From NCBI GenBank assembly GCA_965655095.1, contig OZ296648.1, positions 172,422,001-172,486,000 of the forward strand: DNA of 64,000 nucleotides. Direction: 5' to 3'. A model generated the notes under the pieces. It saw nothing but the letters and a program-made list of their open reading frames with translations. It was not told the DNA's origin and made no database searches. Position numbers and translations under genes: made by a program. The stretch is from Haplodiscus bocki. Its lineage: Eukaryota. Positions 1 through 13,570 of this stretch are shown here, in pieces (position 1 is the stretch's first letter; every line of letters starts with the position of its first letter).

Positions 1-389
1 TCTTGAATTCATGTATCATGTACAATACACTTGATAAATTTTACTTCTTTGAGGTCATGACAATTTTCTGACACTAAGCTTTGGCATTACTCCCACTAAC
101 TTCAAGCAAACAAATGTCAATTCCTTTAACGAAATGCATGAATTTTTTCGTCTATGAAGCATCTTTTAAATCCTTCTCATCGTTTCTGATAGTATGGAGT
201 AATTAACTTTTTTCCCCAAAATTCCATTCCAGGGTAACCTGAGACGCCGTCCATTCGGGCTTTCTCAGTGACCAAGAAAATTTGGCAAGATTGCATTCCA
301 TTAACAAACAAAAAAACACATTACAAATTTCCCACTGCGCAAAAAAATGCACCATTACATTTAGCACAATGCATGTTATGATTGAAAAA

Positions 390-688
390 CTAACCAGAAA
401 GACTCCTGGCGAGGTTGGAAGCCACAGCAGTTTTTCCGAGCTGTCCTCTGGGTGCGATTTGGTCAAATTCTTTTCTTGGTTCCACCAGGCCCAGTTTGAA
501 ATCCACGCCCACAGGTAAACTTTTTAGCACCTTCGCCACCTCGTAGTGCCTTGATCCGACCATGGATTCTCCGTTGATGGATTTGATATGGTCTCCGGGT
601 ATAACTCCTTTAGCAGCTTCTGCTACGCTGTTAGATCTCACTCGTTTGACCAAAGCTTTGCCATGACCATTGTCAGTGATTGTTAAAC
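390..688 (-). CDS. GIPC: GIPC-family PDZ adaptor, second coding exon (PDZ domain)
   Basis: Acceptor TATTTGCAG|GT at 689/688. Splicing to exon 1 gives SAIG-LTITDNGHGKALVKR..GDHIKSING..VGSRHYEVAKVLK..LVEPRK, the GIPC PDZ domain. Intron 689-2413. The 3' end is either the stop at 390-392 or a further donor G|GTTAGT at 394. Confidence 0.9.
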
Positions 689-955
689 CTGCAAATATTT
701 TAAAGTCTTTCAAACACAAATACGATCAAATCGATAAATGTACATGATTTCGTTCTAAGATCTTGGTCGCTCATAGACTCCAGCCGGAAACACTACTAAA
801 ATCTATCATAGAAGTGTGAGAGAAAATCAATTACTAAAAGATAGAATCAAATGTATACGTACGGATGTACGTTTGCTTAAACAACATTCTACGTGGATTT
901 GATACATTATTGAAACAAAAATCCCAAAAAGAAGAGGTGAAAGATGTTTTTGGAC

Positions 956-1390
956 CAGTGTATTGCACCGCTAATGGAAAAGCGGCTCGCTAAGCGGAAG
1001 CGACGCAATTTCGTAAGCGAAGCGGATTAGCGGCTCCAAATCGAAAAAGCGGTTGCTAGGCGGATACTTGGATGGTACCAAAAACAATTCACCGTATCAT
1101 TCGATACAATAATCGAAACTTCTAGCAGAGCTAAGAAAATGGGGAAAGTTTTCAACAAAATCTTAATTTTTTCTTGAAAGCAAAAAAAATGGTGAAATAG
1201 CGAGGTCAGAATTTCTCTCCCTAAATATTATCTCTATAATTTCGGCAAAAATAGCAAAATTTATTTCTGGGAATTTCCCGCAATCAGCGGCCACTTAGCG
1301 ATTGTTTTTGGAAGTGGCATTAGTGATTAGCTGTCCTCAAAAAAGCGGTATTAGTGATAAGCGATTTTCTATGAGCAATGCAATACACTG
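956..1390. mobile_element. hAT-like MITE in the GIPC intron
   Basis: Terminal inverted repeat CAGTGTATTGCA, perfect for 12 bp and 18/22 when extended. Flanks TTTTGGAC / TTATGGAA resemble a decayed 8-bp TSD (6/8). The interior is rich in short AGCGG/TAGCG subterminal motifs. Confidence 0.75.
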
Positions 1391-2413
1391 TTATGGAAAT
1401 GCTTCATTCTTCATCTTTCTTTAAAAAAATAGGGGACCAAAACTCAAATTCAGCACAGTACGCCCTGTCGAGAATAAAGTACAGGTGCATATACAAGCCT
1501 ATAGAATTTCTCCGATTTCAGAAATCTTGAAAAACAAAAACCACTGCAATATCAGTTTTTTTATAAAAATATAAAAATGATAAATTCAAACAATCTTTCT
1601 CTCGCAAGTAACTCTAGTCAAATAATAAAACCTGGCGTCTCATTCAATTGTTGTCTTAGTATTACGACGTCTGTTTTATGAATGCTGCAATTTGGTCTTT
1701 CATCTTAAGCACCGGTTATACCTGTGACATTGATTTAATAGCAATTATTGTCCGATTTTGTTTAATTTGGCGATAAGCTCGTTATCACACCTGAGCAAGA
1801 GCAACACACAAGCAAGGACAAAGAGAAATGATTTCAAAGACCCATTACATTTTATTTGCAACCCAAAACAGACTTCTCTCAGCTATCGAGCATTCCGAGA
1901 TATTGTGCAATGCCGAAGTCTCAGATTTCGAAAGGGACCATTTTGGTAGATTATTTTGAGATTTTGTCTCGTAGCTCCCGTATTTGGTTGATGGGCAGTC
2001 ATTTAAGGTATTCAACGTTCCATTTCGATTCTGACATCTTGCTGTTTCACATTTCGGGCTTTTCACATTTCGGCAACATCAATAAGGCTTCAATAATTCA
2101 ATTTTATTTAAATTAAAAAGGATTACTTTCACGCCTTGGACCGATTCACGTTGCAAATGTCGATTATGTTGGTTTTACAACTATAAATTTGAAACTTGAA
2201 AAAATTGTATGATTTCATTCTCTGGCTTCTAAAAGTTTTATATAATAGACACCCAGAGAGAGGTCGGAATAGGTTCAGCCTGTATGCAAAAATTTCAAAT
2301 TAGTCTCCTCCTGTTACCGCAATCTTTATTATAAAAGACATTTTAATCGTCGAGATTTCTGAAATAAAGCTGCAGTTTTGAAGTGAAGATTTGAAACGAC
2401 GTTTTTCTCTCAC

Positions 2414-2795
2414 CGATAGCACTTTCGCTTTTATTCACAATAACTTCTTTTTGCTTCCCAGCGACATGAACATAGATGAAATCATCCATATTGATAGTGC
2501 CTCCGATTAGGCTTTCCATGTCGACTGCGTAATTGTTGATGGTACAGAACAAGATGTCGGATTCATTAACGTTCAGCACCGTGGATAGTCTGTCGTATAG
2601 CTGAGCTATGTTACTGAAGTTGGATACATGTTGTGTGGCTGAGCCATGGGCCAGTTGCGCTCTGAATGCGAGTTTGGTCGGGTCTTTTAGCACTGCCTCC
2701 ACTTCGGCTTTGTCTACCATTTGTTCATACTCACTTTCGTCCTCCTTCCGCTTCCGCTTGAACAAATTTCGTAACTTTCTCGGCAGCTTCGGCAT
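2414..2795 (-). CDS. GIPC: GIPC-family PDZ adaptor, first coding exon (GH1 domain)
   Basis: Translation contains LAFRAQLAHGSAT..SNIAQLYDRL..ILFCTIN..VDMESLIGG..DDFIYVHVAG, the GIPC GH1 signature. ATG at 2795. Phase-1 donor G|GTGAGA, intron starting at 2413. An acceptor-like TTTCTTTGCAG lies 7 nt upstream of the ATG. Confidence 0.92.
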
Positions 2796-5029
2796 GATAG
2801 ATCTGCAAAGAAATTTCTTTTAACATAAAATTTGGATTTCACACTTTTGTAAGCACATTCTACAACGGTAAGGTTGAATTATTTTATACGCATGCTCAAG
2901 TAAAGTTTCAAGGAGCCAAAAAACTTTAAGTCTGGCAGAATGCCTTCTTGGCTCGTCGCATGCGTTCGCAGAAAAATCTTTCGGCATTTTTATCTAAATA
3001 GTTAACATTTCCAAAACTAAGCGTAAATAATTTTACAGAAACTCCGGCCCAAAACTCAAGCTACCGTGTTAAGATGAGATTTAAAAAGTGGAGCCCTTTC
3101 AATAAAACTTCGAACAGAAGTCACAAGGAACTTTCTGGTAATCTACTTGAGGAACAATCACAACTGATTGAGAAGCTTTCCGCAATGTCTCGTCATCATT
3201 TCTATGGTAATTATATTTTCACAAACCGAGTTTTATGACTATATAGGAACAAAATTATTGATGATAATCTCAGGAAAAATTTATTTCTCCCGCGAAAATC
3301 CAAAAAATATAATCATATGAAATTGGACTAATTATATTATAAGATAGGCAGCGGGTTCATCAGTGCTCTTTTCCAATCTACCCTAGCGAGTCTTCGTCAA
3401 AAAAAGTCAATTCAAATGTGGAAAGAACCCAAAAAATGAAGACGAAAAAAATTTCAAAAAGTTTGTTTTTTGAATTCCTTTACTGGTTCTTAATTTAGTG
3501 AAGAAAAAATCGAACGCTCATACAAATGGGTATTCGGAGAGTTACGCCCATTTTTTGGCCAAATATTCACTTGATGCCGAACGAAGAAATCCTTCAGCTA
3601 CGTTCCCATACTTGGATAGTTCGGAAATTCTATTGTCAACAACGCCATTTATTTTACAAGAATGTTTTTTTTCAAGAAAATTGAGCAATAATTCTGATTT
3701 AGCGTGATAAAAATTGAGGGCGTGAATTACAGAGAAACATCCGAAGGTAGAAAATTCGATCCCAAGTGGAAGCTCTAGGTATGCATGTTATGCCGAAATT
3801 CGAAATAGTCACAATTAAAGATGCCAATTATTCTTATTGCATCAGCAAAACTCCTTTGAAGCATGCAGAATGAAATTAGAAATGCTTACTCAAATATGTA
3901 AGCAGGATTTGCATTCTAAGTGGATTTTCAGGGAGGAAGTGTCATTGATTTCAAATGACCGAGATATAGCGTAAAACTGTATTTATCTCATTGGTAAGAA
4001 CAATTGGTATGTCATCAACTTCGATAGACAACTTAATGCAATGTATGTATTGTGTACTATAGGTAGACTGTCAATACTTCAAGTTGTTTGTAAATTTGAT
4101 TAGAAGAGAAATCTTGGGAAATGAACGATTCCAAAAAACAAATGCGCTGTTAATCTCAATTTAACATCTTGTCTAGAAATCTCCAGAGGTAGCCTGTTTT
4201 ATATGACTGTGAACTTGAGGTCATTATCTTCTCACAGGACATTTCTTTCATTAAGAGAACCAGAGTAGAAGAGAATGTAATATCCTCTACATATATGTTA
4301 TCGAACATCTTCTCTCAAGTTCTAAAATAAGGGAAAATAGATCAGCAACAACATAGTGCTTCGGTTAATCCCAGCGAAGGCTCCTCCGGATAGACACTTC
4401 CTCTTAGCAGCATACGTATGTCACAGCATATTCAACGGATGAAGGGCATTAATTTTATTCATCTAAAGCTCCCGCATAAATGTATTTAAAACTCAGTCCT
4501 GGATGTTTTTTTTCGCATCCTGTGAGAACTCCTTTTATTCAACCCACCAGAACTTAGCTGCGTAACTATTCCAAGGGGTTTGTAAAATTCTCGAAATTTG
4601 TATTTATGAGCGAACAATGCTATCAAAAAAATGGCCACACAATTTGATGCCGTGAGAATTTCTCCAGCTGCATTAACAGCTGGATAATGACAAAACTTTT
4701 CACACTGTTCATGACAGTTGGTTGAATTACCAATTTTGTAGAACAAAACTATTTGGATCGCAAGGCTTTCCTTGTTCAAATGCACAAATATCATACGTGC
4801 AATCTAGAATAGCATACCAACTGCGAGCTGAGAGAGTTCACCGTCGTTGATGAACCAGGTCGCTTTCCTAACTTTTGAACAAAATTGGGGCGCGACTTTC
4901 AGAACTGCATGAGAAACAACTTCAACACTTCAATCTTACAAGCGTCCAGATCACGGTTTACTTGAATAAGTAGATAGAATTTGAAGACCCTGTGAAAAAA
5001 CGACAGCATATTTCAGTAGAGCAAGTCAA

Positions 5030-5880
5030 GAATGGCCAGAGTCGATCTGGGTGACTTTTAGAGGCTGCTTCCAAGACACAGAAATAAAATTTGACAATGT
5101 TCAAAATATCCGAAAACAGCTCGTTGTCAAGATCTCTGGCCAAAAAATCAAACAAAAATTTTCTGACAGCCAACAAAATTTAGTAGGGAAAAACCAGCAG
5201 TCTCCTTCATATGCCAATGGAAGATCTTGGCCAAATTCAGGCTTACCGTCAAAGACATAGAAATAAAAATTCATGAAAACTAAAACTTGACGAAGAAAGT
5301 TCAAAATAGCCAGAAATACCTCGATTTTAAAGTTTCTCTCGCAAAAAACCTATCCAAAAACTGTGTGACCGCAACCAAAACGTATTAGTTAATTGATAAA
5401 GGTCTCTCGTCATACAGTTGCAAAATATTGGTCTACTGGTCGATCTTGGGCTCATCTTCTAGAAGTATACAATAGAAAACTTCAAATTGACAAAACTTTT
5501 CAAAAAAGCTCGATTTTCAAGATTATTTTTACAGAAAAAATCCATCGAAAAACATTGGGCCGAAACGAAAATCGACAGTCTGATAAAATATACTAAATTG
5601 GAGTCGTCTGTCATGGCTATCTAATACTGAAGTAATGTGAAGAACTAGGTGCCAAGATAAAGTCTTTCGAAAATGGAAAATCTTCGAAATACCCAAAAAT
5701 TGCTCAACTGTCAAGTTTCTTTCGAAGGAAAACAGATCGAAAAATTCCGGACCGCGACCAAAAATGAGTGTGATAGGTCAAAGTTTTGTCGTAATGTTTC
5801 AGCAAAAATCAGAAAAATCCGTCAAATAGGTAAAGAGAGATTGAGCTTTGAACACAAATTTTTGACTTGAAAGAGGAACG
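5030..5880. repeat. Degenerate internally repeated sequence (~190-200 bp periodicity), probably a non-autonomous DNA element
   Basis: Recurring blocks, e.g. aagtttctctcg..gaccgcaaccaaaa (~5330) vs aagtttctttcg..gaccgcgaccaaaa (~5713), and (t)caaaa..ctcg at ~5100, 5300 and 5500. Confidence 0.35.
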
Positions 5881-5974
5881 AGCAAAAAAGTTTTTAGAAA
5901 TTGCCTCTGAATTTTGTAGCGTTGGTGTCTAAAGAAGCTTCGGTCTCCTTTCGCTACGCTTGCCTAAAAATATA

Positions 5975-6040
5975 GCTAACAACGGGGTTCGCACCCGCAA
6001 CATGTGGCTATGGAGCCCTTTTGTCCTACCCGCTGGGCCA
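5975..6040 (-). mobile_element. tRNA-derived SINE head / tRNA pseudogene
   Basis: Minus strand has A-box-like TGGCCCAGCGGGTAGG and B-box-like GGGTGCGAACCCC with a paired T-arm (GCGGG/CCCGT). No intact acceptor stem. Confidence 0.55.
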
Positions 6041-6641
6041 TAAAAAATGTAAAAACAGCAAGACCGTCAATTTTACCATCTCTATCGAAAATGGATCAGT
6101 TCGATGTGAGTTCTGGAATCCAACGAAAAAAAGTCACAATAATAGTCGGCCTCTTTACTAAAAGTAAAGCTCCGACTAATGACAATATCATCAACTGGGA
6201 CATCCAACTAGTTTCAAAAACACCGCGAAATGCAATTTGATAGAAAAAATTGTTTAGAGATGAAGTGGCAAGATGCTATTTCAAACCAATCAAAATTAGC
6301 AGGATGTGCCAGCCCCCTCCCCATAGTATATTGAATTCCTTCATAGTTACATACGACTCATTCACATCGAAATAGCGCTCTCGACTTAACGGGATATTAA
6401 AGTATAGTTGGATGATCAAAGCTGCCTAAACCCCTCTCAAGTCAAGCAAAATCCCTGGGATAATAATAAATCAGCGTAATGCTGACAGCACAGCAGCGAG
6501 CATGCGACCATTCTTGCTCAAAATATAATATTGAATAGTTACTAAAATTTCCATTGCAGGCAACAAAAAGGATATTAACAAAATCCCGCGGTTCAGCCAC
6601 CTAAGAAACTAGGCTGCTACTTGATTTTGCAAATATTAGTA

Positions 6642-7059
6642 CAGTGTACTCTCGATTTCTCGCCACGATCCGTACAATCCATATCATTGCGGATATGGAA
6701 AATGGCGGTAAAACAAATTCCGCCTTAGAACATATTATACTAAATATTGATGTAGATAAGTAAAAGCACACAAAATATCCTTTTGTTTGCCTTTTGGCCC
6801 CTTTTGTACAAATTATTTCAACCGAATTTTCCTACACTCAAATGTGCCTTCATCAAAACAACTGTCGTTCGGTCCAGAAAAACATCTTCTCCGGCGGATA
6901 ATCGAAAGTTTTTGTGCTAATAACAGTAAGGGATTTCGTGGCTGAGGCGAATATGCGAATTTGGCGATAATTCAGCAGGCACCAAATTAGTACCTAACCA
7001 TTTATGGCGGTTTTGCGAATTGGTGGCTAATCTAGAGGCGGTAAATCGAGTGTGCTCTG
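6642..7059. mobile_element. Tc1/mariner (pogo/Tigger-like) MITE
   Basis: Imperfect TIR CAGTGTACTCTCGATTTCTCGCC vs (rc) CAGAGCACACTCGATTTACCGCC, with TA on both sides (6640-41, 7060-61). Internal GGCGGATAATCG-type motifs. Confidence 0.75.
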
Positions 7060-7667
7060 TAGTGTATTTTTCATTTCAACGTTTCCAATGATCTTAGCCT
7101 GTTAAATTAAATACAAATTATTTCTAGTTCTAGAGACGATTTTATTCATTCAATCGACGAGAAGATTCAAAATCGAAAACCATGAAAAATACGAACATGA
7201 ATGCATGATTAAACAGCATAAGATGCATTGCTTGAAATGAATCCCATTATCACGCATTTGCTAGCGGTAAATAAAATCCCCAGTGCTCATCAAAACAATG
7301 AAACAGAAAATTTAGTATTTATGGTGCAATAAAAAAGCCACACCTACACCATGCACTCTTATCATCATGAACAAACATAACGAGCGTTGAAACCCATGGC
7401 ATTTACATTACAGGAACATTTCCCTAATGTAGACCGTTGGTGAAATCTCAGGGGAAGTAGTCAAATTTTCACACCGGCGAATCGGAACTTCGCAGCGCGT
7501 TGACTTGGCAGTTGAATCAAAGATGAACAGTACACATCAAAGATTCTAAGAGACATTTTAAATTGAAACCATGATCGGATACACGATTGACACTTTTTGG
7601 AAACAATAATTGTCAATTTTGGAAACAATAATTGACAATTTTAGAAATACGCAGTGATTGTATTTAA

Positions 7668-8509
7668 GTGATCTCCTGAGCAAAAATTGACGTTTTTGAA
7701 GCTTAACATCTCAAAGAACAGGATGTTTAGAACAATTCGTCGAAACAAAATGTTCTTTGAACTTTGTTAAGATCACGAAGGTTTTTGTTGAGTGAAAATC
7801 GGACCAATATTCAGAGTTTGAGACCCCGAAGTTTGGTCAGTTTTCACCATTTTAGGACCTTTTGCAGATTTTGATCAACTAAATCGATGAATAATCTAGA
7901 TTTGATGGAAAATTTAGAACCCATCCGAAGCCATGATGAGCAAATTTGACCAAAATTTCGATTTATTTGAAAATGTTCCTCTCTCAAGGTTGTGATTTCA
8001 AGGTTATCCAAGCATTAAAACTCAAAATCTTAACCTTCAAAGGTGGTAGAAAAATAGTATGCAATGTTTCACACAGCTTCGATTACTTTTAGCTTCAACA
8101 ATTTCCTGAGATCTAAACCGAAAAAGGTAAACTATTATGAATCCATGTAATTAAATCCAGTTGACTAGCGTAACCTTTTACGGACTTCACTTTCAAATTA
8201 ATTAGCGTAAACTTTTAAGGACTTCATTTTCCAGTAAATGTACGGATTTGGGGAAGATTCAAAGCGACAAAATTCTACCTGAGCAATTCTTGTATTTTTT
8301 TTAGTTTACGAGAAAAGCCTCAAATTTGGTCCAAAATAGCCAAAAATGGGGTACTCATACCTTTTCAACTAGTGGACCGATTTGAAAACGAAAACCGCCT
8401 ATCAAATTTTATGACAAACCTAAAACTTTTGTTCCACTTTTCCTCGTAAAATCTTTGCTTTCTGAGAAAATAAGCTCAGAAGTGGCACAATTTTTGTTCA
8501 GGAGTTCAC
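7668..8509. mobile_element. Non-autonomous DNA transposon with TTAA target site (piggyBac/Kolobok-type target)
   Basis: TIR GTGATCTCCTGAGCAAAAATTG vs (rc) GTGAACTCCTGAACAAAAATTG (20/22), with TTAA on both sides (7664-67, 8510-13). Superfamily not determinable. Confidence 0.75.
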
Positions 8510-9794
8510 TTAATTAAAATCAGTTTTGTAATACACCAGATGTCAATAAAAAGTTTGTTGGAAAAGGTCGAATTGAGACAGGTAACTGTAAGTGTCTCTT
8601 GCTCAGCCATTCGATTTGTCAAGTACGAATTTTTAGGTAGCGCCATTTCACCCCCTAGTGTTCAAAAGTTATCACATTTCCTACGGAAAAACAAACAAAA
8701 ACAATGCAAAAATTTGATACAGCACAAATGACCTATTGAAACGGTGTAGTTCACCTTTTCATACCATTGTTTCGAAAAAAGTAGCACTTATAGGAAAGTT
8801 AAAAAAACAGCTACCTGCCAAAGGTCTCAAAAAAGGTCTTTTTTGATCGTTTACGCTACACCATTGGACTCTCTGATGACGTCAAAAAACCAAGTTTTGG
8901 ATAGGATAAAAAAAGAACTCTGGCGGGACACCAATATCGAGAAACACCCAAAGAAGCATTATTGCCCTTTTCTGGTCGAATTTGAAGCCAGCAAAACCCT
9001 CATTTTTGATAAATTTAGATCTACCTGCTAGGCTAGGCAAAAAAGTACTTTCATATCAACTTGATATAGACTAGTAGCTACAAGTTGATATAGATGTGCG
9101 AAAAAAAAGATAATCAAGCAGCTACCGAATTGCGACTTGATTTAAGGCACCAAAAAAGCAATTATTTTTTGATGAAAACACAAGAATGTGACCAAAAATT
9201 ATCCGATTGTGTTGAATCCAGGTCGATTCGTAGCTAGAAGTTGATTTTTAAGGTAAGAGAACGAAAATTCCATGAGAAAGCGACATACCCAACTTTTTTG
9301 TTTGAGTGTAGAGCACCAGAAGCACCATTCCAAACGAAATTTTCCTAAAAAAATGAAAATTGCATCGAAGCTATCGCTGTGAATCTAGTTCAGCAGAAAG
9401 CGTAGTCAGAAAGTTGATTTGGAACGCAAAAGAACAAACGTTTCGGAAAAATTTTAGAACAAGACGGCCGGCTACCTCTGGCATATTTTGCGCCTTCTCA
9501 ATTTTGTGGTCTCGAAGAAGGCTTCTAAGAAGAGGAAAACAATTTTATCTCGAAAAAGTACTCTTCTTCATCATATTTTCTAAATTCTCCAACGTTCATC
9601 GTTTTTTTTTGCCAAAAAAAACCTCAAAACTAGGGGGAAAAGTTATTTTTTTTTAAAATATACCACTTGATACGTATTCTACAGCGATTTTGCCACCTTT
9701 AGCGAATTTGAAAAAAAATCAAGTTTTTCTCCAAAAAACCCATCTATTTTTTCAAAAAGACCCAAATTTTGAACGTTTTGAGAAGTCTTATTAT

Positions 9795-10022
9795 TTCAGT
9801 CTCGTCAATCTTGGCAGTCTCGGCAAACTTTGCATTTCTTGTATTCTTTGCACTCTTTACCTTCTTTGCACTATTTGCATTTTTTGTTCTCTTGGCAATC
9901 TTGACAATCTCGGTAATATAGGCTATCTTTGCATTTTTTGCATTCTTTGCATTTTTCGCAACTTCTCCATTCTTCATATTCACTGTATTCTGTGCAATTT
10001 CTGCATTTCTTGCATTCTAGGC
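9795..10022. repeat. 9-bp-period minisatellite (TTGCATTYT / TYGGCAATC-like units)
   Basis: Visible 9-nt periodicity. It explains the overlapping low-complexity ORFs (CIFCIL, LHFLHS, AKNAKN, CKKCKE) on both strands. Confidence 0.8.
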
Positions 10023-12719
10023 AAAAAAAATCACGCGAGCCAACATCGTTTTCGCGCGAGCTCAATTGGCAAATACCGGGTAAAAAAACGCACCTATTTG
10101 AGAGGAAGATTTTGCTTTCCATATTCTAAAGAATATGGCGCAAAATTATAAGCTATTTCCGTCAACTCCAAAACATTACATATGACCTTTGGCTTGGAAA
10201 ATGCATCGTTTTCCACGGAAATTCCCGACAATTTTTTTGTGCATCGTTTTTAATTGCACTTGTAGGAAATTAATCTGGAAGCAAAGAGCAAAAAATCTAG
10301 CTATTTCTCTTGTACATTTTTAAGCTATCCAAAAAACTGCAATAATTCATAGTTACTTTTCTTGCACTTAGTGCTATCAAAGAAACTTCTATTTTATATT
10401 TTCAAACAAATCTGTATCTAGATTTGCATTTCTCTATTGTAAGTTCTGACTCGTAGCTAAAAAGTTGGAAAAATTACAAAATTAGCTTTTTTGCCGTCCG
10501 TTGAAACCCCAAAATCGCCAATTTTTGACGAAACGTTCACAGCTTCAAAAAACTGTTTGCGAAAGGAAGCTTTTGTATTGATCTATGCTGGTTGCATAGA
10601 CAAATAGCTGATTCGCAAAACAAGAGCAAAATTTTAGAAAACTGCTAACTTTGGCTTTTTTTCGTACAATAGAAAACAAAAATTTTGCAATTTTTCCTGC
10701 AAAACGAAAGTTTTCGAAAATTCTATGATCATATTACATTTGTCCATTTCGGCGGAAAAAAATGATTTCCTTTAGGGAAAGCAAACTTCGGGTGAATGGA
10801 GCAAAACTGGTGGCTTTTGGTTAATTTTAGCCTAGCGAATATGGCAAAAATAGCGAAAACGTCGTATTGTACGGTTTAAGACGCGTTTTCGGCGTTGAAA
10901 ATCGCTTTTTAGCAGGTACACAGCTTTACAGCTTAATATGCATTAACTGAGGCTGAATCATTAATTGAGGCAGAAGTGTTTGGTACATAGTTTAGTGGTC
11001 AAAAAAGGTTGACTTAGTCTCTATAATATCTTGCACATTTGGCTTCGATATTAAAAAACTAGGCAGTAAACGGAGCCGGTTTCAATACATATTCTTCCTT
11101 TCAGTTAAAATGTGCAGAAAATTGATTTTCGGAACAAAGCATTTGCAAAAACATGATTTGGTGTTATAGAATTGTTTTCCTAATTACAGAACAATTTCGA
11201 TGGCATTGGAAAGTGTTTTTGACAGCAACTAACACGTACATAACTATAAGTGAATGCAACGGTGTTTTGTGTAAACAAAATTGGTTCATGTTTAATTGAT
11301 ATGTTTTCACAATCTGAGGCTACCGGGGCATTCAGAGATCAAATTTTCCACTTTGCAAACCTTCCATGCAGTATAAAACTGTACTTCATTCAGTTTAGCG
11401 GAGGTATAAGCGAGATAGTTCAAAGATTTCGAGCATTAGCTGCTTATCTGCTCCGTGGGATGTTCAGCCCCAAGCTTTTTTGCGTTCCTATGAGAAATTC
11501 TTCGATGGTGCTATCAGATCAGCAACTGCTACATAAAACCATCTGTTAGCAAGTAAAACTAATAGCTACTGGGCAAAATTGAAATATAACCAACACCGCG
11601 ATATGGAGGCCGAGAAAGTATAGATTTTAAAATGGTGACAACATTTACGTAGATGTTTTCAATTCTGCTAAACAAATTCGCAGCGGCCTAAATAATGAAA
11701 GAGACCCCAAAATCTAATAAAAATTGGAAATTGCATTTGCCAACACTAATCATGAAATGAAAGTTAGGGAGATTAACTTTTAGAAATATTTAACAATAAA
11801 ATTGGTGATAAACATACTGCGTTGAGAAAACGCTTGCGTCAAATTTGGAACCCCAGTTCTCAAAGCACATCAACTTTATGGGAAAAACGTAGCAGCGAAA
11901 GTGTCTCCGATTTTTCAAAGATTTTATTGGTGGTTTTGTTTTAATTTAGATCAACCAGCGATAGAAAATTTATACACACCTTGTATTTTTATTTCATTTT
12001 AATGCGTCTGATTTCTTCCAAATTACAGGATTAATACTAGTTTGGAAAAAGCAACTTTCAAGCAGTTCACCGCAATCAGGTAAAGACAAATAGCTATACG
12101 CCATCCCAAAAACCGTAAATAATCCAGAAGGGAAAATTTTTTGAAAAGAAGTTCGAAAACATGCCATCAGCGGTTCATAATGGATCTGACCTAATTAGTT
12201 TCAAAATGACAAAAATTTTATCATTCAATGACCGAGAAGTAGAAAAAGAGGGGAAAAAACTAAAAATTGAAGGGTCGTTGACTCTTCAATTTTATATATG
12301 CACTTAAATCTTGCACTTCGTTTGGGCAAGTAACATGTAAACTGTACTGAGTCCGATGAATTTCTTCTGCAACCAGGAAGTAAATTCCCATTTTGCTCCA
12401 AGTTGAGCTTCAGATACGGATGATGACCTCTAAAAAAGCCAGGAATAGCCGAAGTCCTTAAGACACCGCCCTTAAGGCTTAATATACATGAAGGTTGAGT
12501 CCTTTATGTTTTGAGTAGTTTTAGTCCTTCTGGAGAAAACCTTATAAACTAAAGAGAAGCTTTATAATTTTCAGACTTTTCTCCAGCATTCGTGCAATAT
12601 TTTGGGCCCTAATTTCACTAATTTCGTTTTGATAAAACGCCCAAAGTTTAATTATTCGGTCGAAGTTGGCATAAAATCGAGTTTGGCAGTTATTAACTTC
12701 ATCCACTAAATATGCGCGT

Positions 12720-12941
12720 CAAGTTGGCAAAAATAGCGGCGATTCTAGTGGCGGATAAACGAGGACTAAGTTGAAGGGTGGTGTTACGAAATTTTTGATA
12801 CTTGTGGTCGAAAAAAAATTGGAGATGGCGGACCTTCATAAGATAATTCCATGTAATAAAATTAATGATATCTCAATTTTTGCCAGGAATCGGGCAGTAT
12901 TTTTTGGGCGGCTAACTTGGCGGATAATCGAGGGGCAACTG
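12720..12941. mobile_element. Fragment (one end) of a pogo/Tigger-like MITE related to 6642-7059
   Basis: Ends GGCGGATAATCGAGGGGCAACTG (rc CAGTTGCCCCTCGATTATCCGCC), similar to the TIR at 6642. The partner end was not found. Confidence 0.45.
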
Positions 12942-13506
12942 GGGGTACTACGAATAATTTTCTATGGGTTTTCTGACGTTCGATCCGCAATTTTTTCGTA
13001 ATACTCCCTCACCTATACGATTTTTTTTGCATACACATATACCAACACAAAAGCGAAGCTGTTCTTTGCAACATTTGCGCCACCGGAATACTAGTGAACA
13101 AATTGACTAAATATAACTGATTACTGAAGGGGCCACGATACTACGGATGCGACTGATAACAAGCAAGTGCACAGAAACTCAATTACTTCTACAATTATAT
13201 ACACGTAAGAAACGCAATAATATTTCATTCTCTTGATATTCTAATTCAGTATTCCTTTGGGGAAATATTGGATTCAATATCAAGTAATTGACAGTCTCAA
13301 CCAATTTCTAAGTTACCGATAACAACAAAAATCGAAAACCATCATCATGTGACAGTGACAAGTAGTCAAAGCAGTTTTCACTCAAAAATTCTACATAGAG
13401 GCGAAGCTGCGCTTCGCCACACTTTAGCAAATGGAATACAAGTAAGAGACTCAATAATATTCCATTTGGTTGATGTTTTAAAAAAATACTAGTTCTCAAG
13501 AGGAAA

Positions 13507-13570
13507 TGGCACAGTCAGTAGAGCATGCGTCTATGGTGCCAAAGGTCCCAGGTTCAAGCCTAGGAGACTC
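13507..13570 (+). mobile_element. tRNA-derived SINE head
   Basis: A-box TGGCACAGTCAGTAGAGC at 13507 and B-box GGTTCAAGCC at 13551-13560, at tRNA-like spacing. Acceptor and anticodon stems do not pair properly. Confidence 0.6.

Noticed and set aside
2343-2413. C-terminal tail of the 150-aa ORF
   Set aside because: Read-through into the intron; GIPC homology continues only after splicing to 688.
9690-10151. Cys/His-rich ORFs resembling metallothionein or metal-binding proteins
   Set aside because: Several frames on both strands are open because of a 9-bp minisatellite; no gene structure.
13507-13570. Functional tRNA gene (also 5975-6040)
   Set aside because: A and B boxes are present but the acceptor and anticodon stems do not form; treated as SINE heads.
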